A stretch of DNA of 58,477 nt from Candidatus Kaiserbacteria bacterium RIFCSPHIGHO2_01_FULL_55_37 (GCA_001781175.1 MFKY01000048.1:1-58477), one strand, 5' to 3'; positions 18,522 to 28,460 are shown, counted from the stretch's first letter. Made by a program: numbers and translations. The notes: a model not told the origin generated them from the letters alone.

Positions 18522-20459
18522 ATGGAACCACTGCCACCATCCAACGATTCTGGACACGCCGGAGGCGCAACTCCCGGACCGCGCCGCACTCAGAGCCCCG
18601 CACGCCCGCACCACGCCCGCCCGGGGAGCCGCCCGCCATCCCGCCCCGCAGGAAGGCCGGGGACACGGACAGGCCGGCCGGCCAGACATTTCGGTCGTCC
18701 CAATCATCCGCCGCGCCGCGGAAAAACCCGCGTCGAGCACCAGGCGCCCTCCCAACGTAAACAAGCGGGCGCTCCCATTCCACCCCCCTCACCCGACACC
18801 GTGCGCATTATTCCTTTGGGCGGCGTCGAAGAGATAGGACGCAACATGACGGCCGTGGAATTCGGCGACGATATTTTCATCCTCGACTGCGGATTCGCCT
18901 TCTCCGAAGGAGAAACCCCGGGCATCGATTACATCCTGCCGAACACCGGCTACCTCGAGGAGCGCCGCGACAAGATCCGCGGTCTGCTCATCGGACACGG
19001 TCACCTCGACCACATCGGCGGCATCCCCTACATCATCGACCGCATCGGCAACCCGACCATCTACACGCGCAAACTTACGGGCATGATGATAAAGAAGCGC
19101 CAGGAAGAATTCACGCAGACATCGCCCGTGAACATCCGCGAAGTAGAGAGGGACGAAGTCATCAAGCTCGGCGCCGCGACGATACGATTTTTCGGCGTCA
19201 CGCACACAGTGCCTGATTCGATGGGCATCATCATCGAGACCCCGTGGGGCGACGTGGTGTATACCGGAGACATCAAGTTGAACCACCTCGACGGCGAGCC
19301 GTCGGCCGAGGAGAAGCGCGAATTCGGTATATTCAAGAACCGCAAAGTACTCGCCCTGCTCATGGACAGCACGAACGTCTGGCAGCCGGGATTCTCTATT
19401 CCTGAATCAACTGTCTACACCACTCTCGAAAAAATAATCAAAGATTCAAAAGGCCGGCTTGTTATCGCGATGTTCGCTTCCCACTTGGAGCGGCTCATCC
19501 GCGTCGTGCATTTTGCCGAGGAGTACGGCAAAAAAATCGTCATCGACGGACGCAGTATGCGCACCAACATCGAGATAGCGCGGGAAATAGGTATCATCAA
19601 ATACAAAGATGACACCGTCGTCGCCGTCGAGAACATGAATCAATATCCGCCGGAACGGCTCATCATCCTTGCGACAGGCGCTCAGGGAGACGAGTTCGCA
19701 TCGCTCGCCCGCATCGGCAACAAGACGCACAAATACATCCGTCTTCAGCCGACCGATACCGTCGTGCTCTCTTCGTCGGTCATTCCCGGCAACGAGCGCG
19801 CAGTGCAAAAGCTCAAAGACAACCTCTCGCGTCAGGGAGCACATATCATCACCTACCACGCCTCCGATGTGCATGCATCCGGCCACGGCAACCGCGAAGA
19901 AGCGGCATGGATACACAGCCAAATAAGGCCGAAATTCTTCATCCCCGTTCACGGGTATCACTACATGTTGCGTGTGCACGCCGACCTCGCCGTCGAAATG
20001 GGTGTCAAATCGGAGAACATTTGTATCCCCGACAACAGCTCCATCATTGAGATAAAAAATGCCGAGAAGATATTGAAGCATGCGCTCAAAGCACCTGCAG
20101 AACTGCGCGTCGTTGAAGGCACGACCGTCTCGGAACTCTCCGATGTCCTGATGCGTGACAGAAAAGCGCTCGGTCAGGAAGGCTTCTGTGTCGTCGTCGC
20201 GACGGTAGACCGTCGCACGGGCAAGCTCCACAAATCCCCCGACATCATCTCGCGCGGGTTCGTCTATCTGCGCGACAACAAAGACCTCATGGACCAGACG
20301 CGTCTCATCATCCGCAAATCAGTAGAGACGTCGCTGCGCAACCCGCGAGCCGCAGACCTCGACGCCGCAAGAGAAGACCTAGCCGACGCGGTTTCCCAAT
20401 TCCTGTTACAACGTACAATGAAAAGACCTATTGTTATCCCCGTAATAGTCAGTATCTAA
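18522..20459 (+). CDS. rnj: Ribonuclease J
   Basis: IPLGGVEEIGRNM, HGHLDHIGG, GAQGD, VHASGH, P.HG; basic disordered N-terminus. Confidence 0.96.
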   Translation: MEPLPPSNDSGHAGGATPGPRRTQSPARPHHARPGSRPPSRPAGRPGTRTGRPARHFGRPNHPPRRGKTRVEHQAPSQRKQAGAPIPPPSPDTVRIIPLGGVEEIGRNMTAVEFGDDIFILDCGFAFSEGETPGIDYILPNTGYLEERRDKIRGLLIGHGHLDHIGGIPYIIDRIGNPTIYTRKLTGMMIKKRQEEFTQTSPVNIREVERDEVIKLGAATIRFFGVTHTVPDSMGIIIETPWGDVVYTGDIKLNHLDGEPSAEEKREFGIFKNRKVLALLMDSTNVWQPGFSIPESTVYTTLEKIIKDSKGRLVIAMFASHLERLIRVVHFAEEYGKKIVIDGRSMRTNIEIAREIGIIKYKDDTVVAVENMNQYPPERLIILATGAQGDEFASLARIGNKTHKYIRLQPTDTVVLSSSVIPGNERAVQKLKDNLSRQGAHIITYHASDVHASGHGNREEAAWIHSQIRPKFFIPVHGYHYMLRVHADLAVEMGVKSENICIPDNSSIIEIKNAEKILKHALKAPAELRVVEGTTVSELSDVLMRDRKALGQEGFCVVVATVDRRTGKLHKSPDIISRGFVYLRDNKDLMDQTRLIIRKSVETSLRNPRAADLDAAREDLADAVSQFLLQRTMKRPIVIPVIVSI

Positions 20460-20472
20460 GCGCATCGACTTG

Positions 20473-20502
20473 CCCCGTTAGAAGCGAAGCTTTCTAATGG
20501 GG
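20473..20502. mobile_element. 30-nt CCCCG...GGGG palindromic element
   Basis: CCCCGTTAGAAGCGAAGCTTTCTAATGGGG; related to 36260-36379, 38279-38308 and 54583-54728. Confidence 0.7.
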
Positions 20503-20504
20503 TG

Positions 20505-20543
20505 AGGCGCCCTATCGTGATTCCGGTGATCGTCAGCGTTTGA
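20505..20543 (+). pseudogene. Orphan recoded duplicate of the rnj 3' end (RRPIVIPVIVSV*)
   Basis: Matches KRPIVIPVIVSI* at 20421-20459. Confidence 0.9.
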
Positions 20544-20621
20544 CATTGAACATTACATGTTATATAACGGTGTCCGGAGGCACGCCTCTGGTCAAAATTA
20601 ACTCTCACCCGGAGTTCGCAA

Positions 20622-20840
20622 ATGGATCCTTCGCAATTATCTTTGCTTACGCAAATACTGCTGCTGTTCGCTCTTGGCTCAGCGGCCTTCGCTGCATGGA
20701 GTTTGTGCGCCATAATTTGGCGCACGTCGGGCTTGATTCTCGCCAAGAAAGCGTATTGGGAACAAAAAGCTCGACACATGCAACTTACGGCCGACGCGCG
20801 CGAGAAGCAAACGTCAAGCGACGGAAAACCCAAAGGCTAA
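20622..20840 (+). CDS. Small hypothetical membrane protein
   Basis: 72-aa ORF with a hydrophobic N-terminal segment; GGAG upstream. Confidence 0.5.
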   Translation: MDPSQLSLLTQILLLFALGSAAFAAWSLCAIIWRTSGLILAKKAYWEQKARHMQLTADAREKQTSSDGKPKG

Positions 20841-20972
20841 CTCGCTGACAATTTCCTGTTCTGAGAAGCGCGCTGGCAGCTATATCTGCGGCAAGGCGGC
20901 AAGACCTCCTTGCCGCTTTGCTTTATATAGTATCCATATTCCTTATTCTCGCGGCCGCGGCAATAAGGAACA

Positions 20973-21809
20973 TCAGGCAATCCGCCACCCTGGCCGGGCA
21001 GGCTTCCTCTTTTCCTTCACGATAAGCCCATCGCGCGCGAGCCCTTCCAACGCCTTCCCTGCTATTCGCTTATTCGCGCGAATTAGAGAATAGAGAGTTA
21101 ACGCTGTTTTCGAACCGGAATGCAATTCGCGCAAAATGGTCCCGCGGACTTGGCGAAGCGAACCTTCGAATTTTGATTGCTTCGTGTAATGCGCACTGCG
21201 GTGGTTGTTGCGGACGCCTGACCGTTTGAGGTATGCGCCATAATCCATAAGCGCCCAATGCCACTTTCTTGGGTCTTGCCCCTCTGCCGCCTCCGTTACG
21301 ACCGGCAACAAAGCCGCATCTGCTATTGCAGTCTTTTGCAAAACACTAGAATAGAAGTGGTGGATGAAAGCGGCGCGGATGTTGGTTTCGATGAGCATAT
21401 CGGGTTCGTTGTATGCGAACACGCGCACGGCCGACGCGGTGTACGGACCAATTCCCTTGTACTTATCTAGGACGACCGCATTAGATAAGTACGGACGCTC
21501 ATGGTCGCGAATGATTGCTTTTGCCGCGTCGTGCAGGTACTTCGCCCGCCTGTTGTAGCCGAGCCCGCTCCACGCTTTCAACACATCCGCGAGTGACGCT
21601 TTGGCGAGCGCGTGAACGGTCGGGAACTTTCTCAAGAATTCTTTGTACTTTTCGATGACACGCGGCACCTGCGTTTGTTGTAGCATCACTTCGGAAACAA
21701 GAATGCGGTACGGGTCTTTTGTTTTCCGCCACGGTAAATCATGTCGTCCGTGCGCTTTCCAGTATTGCCAAACAGTTTGTCGGAACTTAAGGATCCGACT
21801 AGAGCTCAT
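20973..21809 (-). CDS. mutY: A/G-specific adenine glycosylase (short MutY-like, no 4Fe-4S motif)
   Basis: RHDLPWR...PY.ILVSEVMLQQTQV, WSGLGYNRRA, GIGPYTA, ETNIR, ALMDYG. Confidence 0.88.
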   Translation of the reverse strand: MSSSRILKFRQTVWQYWKAHGRHDLPWRKTKDPYRILVSEVMLQQTQVPRVIEKYKEFLRKFPTVHALAKASLADVLKAWSGLGYNRRAKYLHDAAKAIIRDHERPYLSNAVVLDKYKGIGPYTASAVRVFAYNEPDMLIETNIRAAFIHHFYSSVLQKTAIADAALLPVVTEAAEGQDPRKWHWALMDYGAYLKRSGVRNNHRSAHYTKQSKFEGSLRQVRGTILRELHSGSKTALTLYSLIRANKRIAGKALEGLARDGLIVKEKRKPARPGWRIA

Positions 21810-22491
21810 AGACAACATCCTTTCTTTCAACAACGACATCCCATTTCATACGTTTGGCATAGCGATAGAGTTTTGAATTCGGATTGAAGCAAATCGGCTT
21901 CGCTACCATTTCGAGGAATGGGATGTCCGTCTCGGTGTCCCCCACCCCTATCGAGTGCTGGAGCGTCAAGTTTTCCTTTTCGACGGCGCGGCGGACGATG
22001 GCGGCTTTATTGAGTATCAGATGTTCTTCAACGATATTTCCCGTAAAGCATTCTTGCGGCCCCAGCTCGTAGAGCATGCCGTACGTTTTGTCGAATCCGA
22101 GACGCGGACAAAATTTGTCCAGTACCGTCTTTGGCGAGTGCGATACGGCGAGCAGGAAGTGGCCGCGCTTCTTGAGATCCTTCAGGAGATCCCGCGTATA
22201 CCGGTACACGCGCTTCGACTGCTCGTCAACGACCTCCTCTGCGGCGTCGGCAAGCGCGCTGTAATGCACACCCTTTAAATGTTTAACGAACGCTCTCACG
22301 ACAGCGCCTATGTATTCGTCGTAATCGCCCTCACGGTTGAGCCACCGCTCGTATTCGCGCTCATATACGCGGCGCGTCGACGGCGGAAAAACCTCTTTTT
22401 CGATGAGCCGGTTAACGACTTGGATGAGAAGACTTGAACGAAAGATGGTGCCGTCCACGTCGAATATCGCAACACGCCGCTTCTCTTTCAT
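21799..22491 (-). CDS. HAD-superfamily IB hydrolase
   Basis: FDVDGT motif I, GDTETD motif IV, CFNPN. Confidence 0.9.
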   Translation of the reverse strand: MKEKRRVAIFDVDGTIFRSSLLIQVVNRLIEKEVFPPSTRRVYEREYERWLNREGDYDEYIGAVVRAFVKHLKGVHYSALADAAEEVVDEQSKRVYRYTRDLLKDLKKRGHFLLAVSHSPKTVLDKFCPRLGFDKTYGMLYELGPQECFTGNIVEEHLILNKAAIVRRAVEKENLTLQHSIGVGDTETDIPFLEMVAKPICFNPNSKLYRYAKRMKWDVVVERKDVVYEL

Positions 22492-22557
22492 GCAGTCATA
22501 CTACCGCCACGCGCGACTCATGGCGAGGGCGTCATTAATTTAGTATTCTGGGGCTTA

Positions 22558-23823
22558 ATGGTGCAACAAATAAAGACCGCCCTTCATTTCACCGTAGCCC
22601 GATATTTCAGGTTTTTCGCCCGTATCCGCCTGCGGAGGTGGGACCCGCACGTCGTCCTTATTACCGGCTCCAACGGGAAGACCGTCTGCTTGCATCTCAC
22701 CGAAGCACAGATCGGTGCGAGTGCGAGATATTCGCACCATGCCAACAGCGCCTTCGGAGTCCCCTTCGATATCTTGGGATTGAAGCGCTCCAGCTTCTCG
22801 CTCGTAGAGTGGATTTGGCTTGCCTTCGCGGCACCGCTTGTGGCGTGGAAGAAACCTTACGACGAAAAGATATACGTCGTGGAGGTGGACGGCGACAGGC
22901 CGGGTGAGGGCGATTTTTTGGGCTCGCTTTTGCGCCCCGAGGTAAGCGTTTGCCTGAGCGTCGCGCGTACGCACAGCATGCTCTTTGAGAAAACTGTGAA
23001 CAACGGTCCGTTCAGGAGCATCGACGAAGCAATAGCGTATGAATTCGGAGGCTTCATAGAGCACACGACGCGACTCGCTATCGTGAATGCCGACAGCCCC
23101 CTCATCACCCGGCAGTTGCACCGGACGCGTGCCAAAGTCCACGAGATGAAAGAGGAAGAGCTGCTCGTGAGTCACGCCGTCAGCACAAGCGGCAGTGAAT
23201 TCAATATCGGCGGAATAGCGTATCGCACACCATTCTTGCTCCCCAGAGAAACGTTCTATGCGATTGCCGCGTCCGTCAAAATCGCCGACTATTTCGGCGT
23301 GCAACCGGGCGACCTCTCGGGGCTCACGATGCCTCCGGGCAGAAGCTCGTTATTCCGCGGGATTAAGAACACGACCATCGTAGATAGCAGTTACAACGCG
23401 AACGTGGATTCTGTCGCTGCGATAGTACGCATGGCGGAGAAATTGCCCGGAGAAAAATGGCTGGTGCTCGGCGATCTCACCGAGCAGGGCGGGTTTGAGA
23501 AAGAGGAACATGAGCGGCTTGCGCAAATTCTTAATACGATCGACCTCACGCGCATCATTATGGTGGGGCCCCGCATGCGCGCATACACCAAGCCCGCGCT
23601 CGATGCCGCAGGCTTCGGCGGAGTCACCGAATCGTTCATCAACCCGAAGGAGGCGCTACAATACCTCGCATCTGAAATACGCGGCGGAGAAATAATTGTC
23701 TTTAAAGGCGCGCGGTTTTTGGAGGGTATCATAGAGAACCTGCTTCTGGATGAAGACGACGCGGCGAAGTTGTGCCGGCGCGAAAAAGTATGGGAGAAAC
23801 GCAGAAAGAATTTTGGACTATGA
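22558..23823 (+). CDS. murF: Mur ligase, MurF-like
   Basis: ITGSNGKT P-loop, PPGR, IVDSSYNAN, LGDLTEQG, KGAR. Confidence 0.75.
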   Translation: MVQQIKTALHFTVARYFRFFARIRLRRWDPHVVLITGSNGKTVCLHLTEAQIGASARYSHHANSAFGVPFDILGLKRSSFSLVEWIWLAFAAPLVAWKKPYDEKIYVVEVDGDRPGEGDFLGSLLRPEVSVCLSVARTHSMLFEKTVNNGPFRSIDEAIAYEFGGFIEHTTRLAIVNADSPLITRQLHRTRAKVHEMKEEELLVSHAVSTSGSEFNIGGIAYRTPFLLPRETFYAIAASVKIADYFGVQPGDLSGLTMPPGRSSLFRGIKNTTIVDSSYNANVDSVAAIVRMAEKLPGEKWLVLGDLTEQGGFEKEEHERLAQILNTIDLTRIIMVGPRMRAYTKPALDAAGFGGVTESFINPKEALQYLASEIRGGEIIVFKGARFLEGIIENLLLDEDDAAKLCRREKVWEKRRKNFGL

Positions 23824-23881
23824 ATCCCGCCCTTTCATATATTTTTTGCATGAAAACCATTACCGGTATAGAAAGAGTGGG

Positions 23882-24568
23882 ATGAAAATGTTTATCTTGC
23901 ATGGGTGGACGTATCAGACCGACACCTGGCGGCCCCTTTTGGAGATACTTTCCTCCCGCGGCGTCGATTACGAATTCCTCCTTATTCCCGGGCTTACGGA
24001 CGGCACAAATCCCGTGTGGACCATGGAAGATTACGTGAAATGGCTGGAAGAGAAAACGGCCGCTCATGACAAAGTCGTACTCTACGGACATTCCAACGGC
24101 GGACGCATCTCGCTCGCGTTCACGGCGAAACATCCCGAAAAAGTCGCACGTCTCATACTCGAAGACAGCTCCGGTATTCCGCCGACCGGACTGCGCCGTT
24201 TCAAGAGAGACTTCTTCAGAGTAGTATCCAAGGTCGGGCATGTACTTACGCGTTCGGAAACGATGCGGGATCTTGTGTACAAAGTGATACGCGAGAACGA
24301 CTACCGCGCCGCAACCCCTGAAATGAGAAAGACCATGGCGAATCTTATGACTACTGACCTCTCCCTTGTCCTGAACAAGATACAGTGTCCGACGTTTATC
24401 ATCTGGGGTGAGGGCGACGCGACGACGCCGCTTTCCGCAGGTAAAACGATACACGAAGGTGTTCGCGGCTCGCGGATGGTCACCGTCCCCGGCGCGCGGC
24501 ACTCGCCGCATATCACTCATCCCGAAAAGGTCGCCGAGCTGCTTGTAAGCGAGCTCTCAATGCAATGA
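23882..24568 (+). CDS. Alpha/beta hydrolase
   Basis: LHGW, GHSNGG nucleophile elbow, WGEGD, HSPH. Confidence 0.9.
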   Translation: MKMFILHGWTYQTDTWRPLLEILSSRGVDYEFLLIPGLTDGTNPVWTMEDYVKWLEEKTAAHDKVVLYGHSNGGRISLAFTAKHPEKVARLILEDSSGIPPTGLRRFKRDFFRVVSKVGHVLTRSETMRDLVYKVIRENDYRAATPEMRKTMANLMTTDLSLVLNKIQCPTFIIWGEGDATTPLSAGKTIHEGVRGSRMVTVPGARHSPHITHPEKVAELLVSELSMQ

Positions 24569-26784
24569 GTACGTTCAATTCACTTGGTTCGAATCACACT
24601 TTTTCTTCCGCTCTTCGGATACTTTTCGCCGGCGGCGGGGCTTCCGCCAAGAAGCGTCTGACGGAATACCTGGAAACGCGTTATGGCGGCCGGGCAATTC
24701 TCATGTACAAAGGCCGCGAAGCCTTGCGGTTGGCGCTTTCTTCTGTCCCTGAAAATGCCGCTGTCGCTATCAACGGCTATACCTGCTGGGCCGTGTATCA
24801 GGCGGTTCAGGAGAGCGGTCACACATGCCACTATCTCGATATTTCCGACACGTCACTCAACTTCTCCGCACAAATATTGCGGGAAGCACTTACATCAAAC
24901 CCGGCCATCAAGGCGGTGGTCATTCAAAACACGCTCGGCCTTCCGTGTGATATAGAAGGAATAGCTTCGTTGTGTAGGGAGCGCGGACTCGTGCTGATAG
25001 AAGACGTCGCGCATTCTATCGGCACAACGTACGCAAACGGAGCGGAAGCCGGAACAGTCGGAGACTTCGTCATTCTTTCGTTCAGCCAGGACAAAGTGAT
25101 AGACGCGGTCGCGGGTGGCGCACTCATCATTCGTAATAAGAAATATCAGGAAATGACCGCGCTTCCAAAAAAAGTCCCCCTTACACAACAACTCAAAGAC
25201 CGCCTGTACCCGCTGCTCGCCTGGAAAATTCGGGCAGCACATTCTCTGTACATCGGTGCGATTGTTCACGGTTTATTCCGCGGCCTTCGCATCCTCTCGC
25301 GGCCGCTTCCCGATGCCGGCTCCAGCGATGCCCACGAACTCCCGTCGTGGTACTGCACAGAAATACTGCGTCAATATTCGACCTTGGAGAAAATTACGCA
25401 GCACAGGCGCGAGATTGCAGCGGTGTATGCGGGAGTCATAGACAAAAGTCTGCTTGTATCCGAAGATGTCGCTCTTCTTGCGCGGTCTACTAATCTCCGA
25501 TTCCCCATCCTCTTTGAACAACGTGATGACCTCATCGAATACCTGAAAGCGAGGAATGTGTACGTCGGCGACGTCTGGTATGACGCACCGGTGGGACCGA
25601 AACGATTCTTGAACCGCACTGATTACCGGGGACAGTGCCCTACCGCGGAGAAAATTGCCCGGATGATGGTAAACCTGCCGACACATATCAACATATCAGT
25701 CGCGGATGCGGAGAACATTGCGATGCACGTGAACCAATGGCTCCGGTCAGAAGGAAGCAACGAGTATCCGGTGCAGCTCATTCAAGATGAAGAGGTTTGG
25801 GAAAAATTCTTGAGCAAACAACAACCGCATAGTTTTTTACACTCTTGGAAGTGGGGTCAACATTACGAACAGACGGGTTCTAAAATATTCCGCGCCGGTG
25901 TCTACCAAGACGAGACATTGGTGGGGATCGGATTGTTCATAAAGATAGGTGCGCGGCGCGGAACATTTCTGGTATGTCCGCACGGTCCCGTAATCTCGAG
26001 GGCGGCGGACGAAGAGCCGACTCTCTCCGAACTCGTGCGTTACTCAACCCACATCGCACGCGAAGAAAAGTGCGATTTCATCCGCTTTTGCCCCCTCTCG
26101 GAAGCGAACGATGCGAATAAGGCGATGTACCGGCGCCTTGGTTTCCGCGACGCGCCGATACACATGCATCCGGAAATTTCGTGGATGCTCGACATAACGA
26201 AGCCGGAAGACGTGCTTCTCAAAGAGATGCGCAAAACGACCCGCTACCTCATTAAGAAAATGGAAAGGGAAGGAGTGGAAATTACCCAGAGCTCCGATCC
26301 GGCAGATATGGAACAATTCGCCTCGGTCTATTCGGCAACTGTGCAGAGACAACAATTCACTCCCTTTAGCAAAGAATACCTGAAGACAGAATTTGAATTA
26401 TTCAGCCAAGGCGGTCAGGCCGTATTCTTCTTCGGGAAATACCGTGGTGAGCTCACCGCTGCGGCGATAATTATTTTTTACAACGGACAAGCTTTCTACC
26501 ATCACAGCGGCTCGCTCCAAAAGTTCAACGACATCAACGCCTCTTACCTTCTCCAGTGGCGGGTCATTCAGGAAGCAAAGAAGCGCGGCTGCACACTCTA
26601 CAATTTCTGGGGTATATCGCCGGACAATAAGCCGAAACACGCATGGGCGGGCCTTTCGCTCTTCAAGAAGGGCTTCGGCGGCTTCGCTGAAGCGTATCTG
26701 CATGCGCAAGACATGCCACTCACCGCCAAATATTGGCTCAACTACGGCATTGAAACCGTGCGCCGCATCCGTAGACGGCTCTAA
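24565..26784 (+). CDS. Fusion of a DegT/DnrJ/EryC1/StrS PLP aminotransferase and a FemABX peptidyl transferase
   Basis: N-half has IEDVAHS and SFSQDK...GG. C-half has FLHSWKWG, PHGP, MRKTTRYLI, YNFWG and FKKGFGG. Confidence 0.85.
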   Translation: MSTFNSLGSNHTFSSALRILFAGGGASAKKRLTEYLETRYGGRAILMYKGREALRLALSSVPENAAVAINGYTCWAVYQAVQESGHTCHYLDISDTSLNFSAQILREALTSNPAIKAVVIQNTLGLPCDIEGIASLCRERGLVLIEDVAHSIGTTYANGAEAGTVGDFVILSFSQDKVIDAVAGGALIIRNKKYQEMTALPKKVPLTQQLKDRLYPLLAWKIRAAHSLYIGAIVHGLFRGLRILSRPLPDAGSSDAHELPSWYCTEILRQYSTLEKITQHRREIAAVYAGVIDKSLLVSEDVALLARSTNLRFPILFEQRDDLIEYLKARNVYVGDVWYDAPVGPKRFLNRTDYRGQCPTAEKIARMMVNLPTHINISVADAENIAMHVNQWLRSEGSNEYPVQLIQDEEVWEKFLSKQQPHSFLHSWKWGQHYEQTGSKIFRAGVYQDETLVGIGLFIKIGARRGTFLVCPHGPVISRAADEEPTLSELVRYSTHIAREEKCDFIRFCPLSEANDANKAMYRRLGFRDAPIHMHPEISWMLDITKPEDVLLKEMRKTTRYLIKKMEREGVEITQSSDPADMEQFASVYSATVQRQQFTPFSKEYLKTEFELFSQGGQAVFFFGKYRGELTAAAIIIFYNGQAFYHHSGSLQKFNDINASYLLQWRVIQEAKKRGCTLYNFWGISPDNKPKHAWAGLSLFKKGFGGFAEAYLHAQDMPLTAKYWLNYGIETVRRIRRRL

Positions 26785-26904
26785 ACCTGTACAAAACCAG
26801 GGGTATTGCTTTTTGCAATATAGTGTGCTATGATACGAGAGATCGGAAGACTCCGACACCGGCTCAGTGAGCCGTTTTTTGTTCCAACAAGAGGTAACGC
26901 CACC

Positions 26905-27447
26905 ATGGCGAAAGAGAAGAAGCCTGCGAAAGCGAAGGCGAAAGCGAAAACCGGCGCGACGAAAAAGAAAGCGCCGAATGCGATCGACAAACACGTCGGA
27001 TCGAAGGTCCGCATGCGGCGGATGATGCTTTCGATGTCGCAGGAAAAGCTTGCCGAGGCACTCGGTCTGACCTTCCAGCAGGTCCAGAAATACGAGAAGG
27101 GCACCAATCGCATCGGTGCGTCTCGCATACAGCAAATATCGCTGATCCTGCAAGTGCCGGTGTCGTTCTTCTTCGACGGCGCTCCGATCGAGTTCCACTC
27201 GAAGTCGAAGTGAGAAGGCGCGGAGACGACCGGCGAAGCGCCGTCGCCGACATACGTGACCGACTGCCTCGCGACGCCTGACGGGCTCGCGCTGATAACG
27301 GCATTCTGGCGGATTAAGGACTCGGACATGCGTCGCAGCATCGTCGGTCTCGTCGAGCGTATTGCGCCGCCTGCCGAGCAACAGCAGCCGGGCAAGCACG
27401 AGGTCATCGAGTTCCCCGAGCCCAAACGCAAGGCCGCGGCCAAGTAA
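26905..27447 (+). pseudogene. XRE/HTH transcriptional regulator interrupted by an in-frame TGA at 27211-27213
   Basis: PNAIDKHVGSKVRMRR...SQEKLAEALGLTFQQVQKYEKGTNRIGAS. The frame continues after the TGA into LATPDGLALITAF.RIKD..MRRSIVGLVE. Confidence 0.75.
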
Positions 27448-27510
27448 GTTCTTCAAGACCGCCAAAGGCGGCACAAACATGAAACCGTGGCACGCTGTCA
27501 CGGTTTCGTT

Positions 27511-28446
27511 CTATTCAAGCCGATATTTCTTGATGAAAGCACCAATCGAGACCGGATCGTGTATTTTGGAAAGGTCGCTTGTAAAATCTTGCCCCATAAC
27601 TTCGTCCATTGCTGGCATGTCGCTGTCACCGACAAAGAGGTTACGGCCTTCAGTGATCGCGCGTCGAAGTGAATTCCGAATCGTTTTTGCTTCTATCCCA
27701 GTTTTTTCAGCCATAGAACGTGTAATGCCGTCGAGAAGCCGCTGAGATTCACCAAAATGGTCTCCTTGGCTTCTCCAGTTGGTATAAAAGGTATCCAGCA
27801 CGGCACTCGAGAAAAGACCGGTGGTGGAACATAGTTCACGTACGATTTCCTCTGCCAACTCGTCGTTCAACGTTTCGTCGAAAAATACCAGGAAATCCTT
27901 TGATTCCCGAGAGCGGCCTTCTGCAACAGATTCAATTACTTCACTCACGGGCGCAATTGAATGCCGAACGCCTTGCGTTTCATGGAGCACATACCCCTCC
28001 CCGGGCACGGCCTTGAGAGCCCTCCTTCGGACTGCAATTGAATGACTCACCTCATGGATGAGGCAATGCAGTGCTAAAACGCGAATATCCAACTTATTTA
28101 TAAAAGCTTCATTCCGCAGCCCTTCGTCGTTAACCAAAACAGTCTTTGCATCCGGAATAATTTCCATCAATGCGTTTTTATTCGCCCCTTTTCCGTGCTG
28201 GCTCCACGCGCGATTATCAAACTGAAATATTGAGTATGAGAGAAAATCTGGATCTTTAGATGTCATCGACCTATGGAGATGCTTTGACAAGATAGCGTGC
28301 AAAAGTTCCTTACTTTTTTGTACATTTGAAATAACGTTGCCGATGATCGGGTTCCCTCCGTAATTGCCACGTAGAGTCTGTAATTTGTCACGCAAAACTT
28401 TATTCTCTTCAGCGGGAAAGTTGAAGACGGACAGTTTCTCGGCCAT
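27511..28446 (-). CDS. Hypothetical protein, putative HExxH zinc metallopeptidase; lower GC
   Basis: LIHEVSH plus downstream FDETLNDELA; TATACT 6 nt before the ATG. Confidence 0.6.
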   Translation of the reverse strand: MAEKLSVFNFPAEENKVLRDKLQTLRGNYGGNPIIGNVISNVQKSKELLHAILSKHLHRSMTSKDPDFLSYSIFQFDNRAWSQHGKGANKNALMEIIPDAKTVLVNDEGLRNEAFINKLDIRVLALHCLIHEVSHSIAVRRRALKAVPGEGYVLHETQGVRHSIAPVSEVIESVAEGRSRESKDFLVFFDETLNDELAEEIVRELCSTTGLFSSAVLDTFYTNWRSQGDHFGESQRLLDGITRSMAEKTGIEAKTIRNSLRRAITEGRNLFVGDSDMPAMDEVMGQDFTSDLSKIHDPVSIGAFIKKYRLE

Positions 28447-28460
28447 GTTGAAAGTATAAC

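Noticed and set aside
27211..27213. Genome-wide TGA recoding (genetic code 25)
   Set aside because: groEL, the murF-like gene, maf and others end normally at TGA, and no other gene shows an internal TGA
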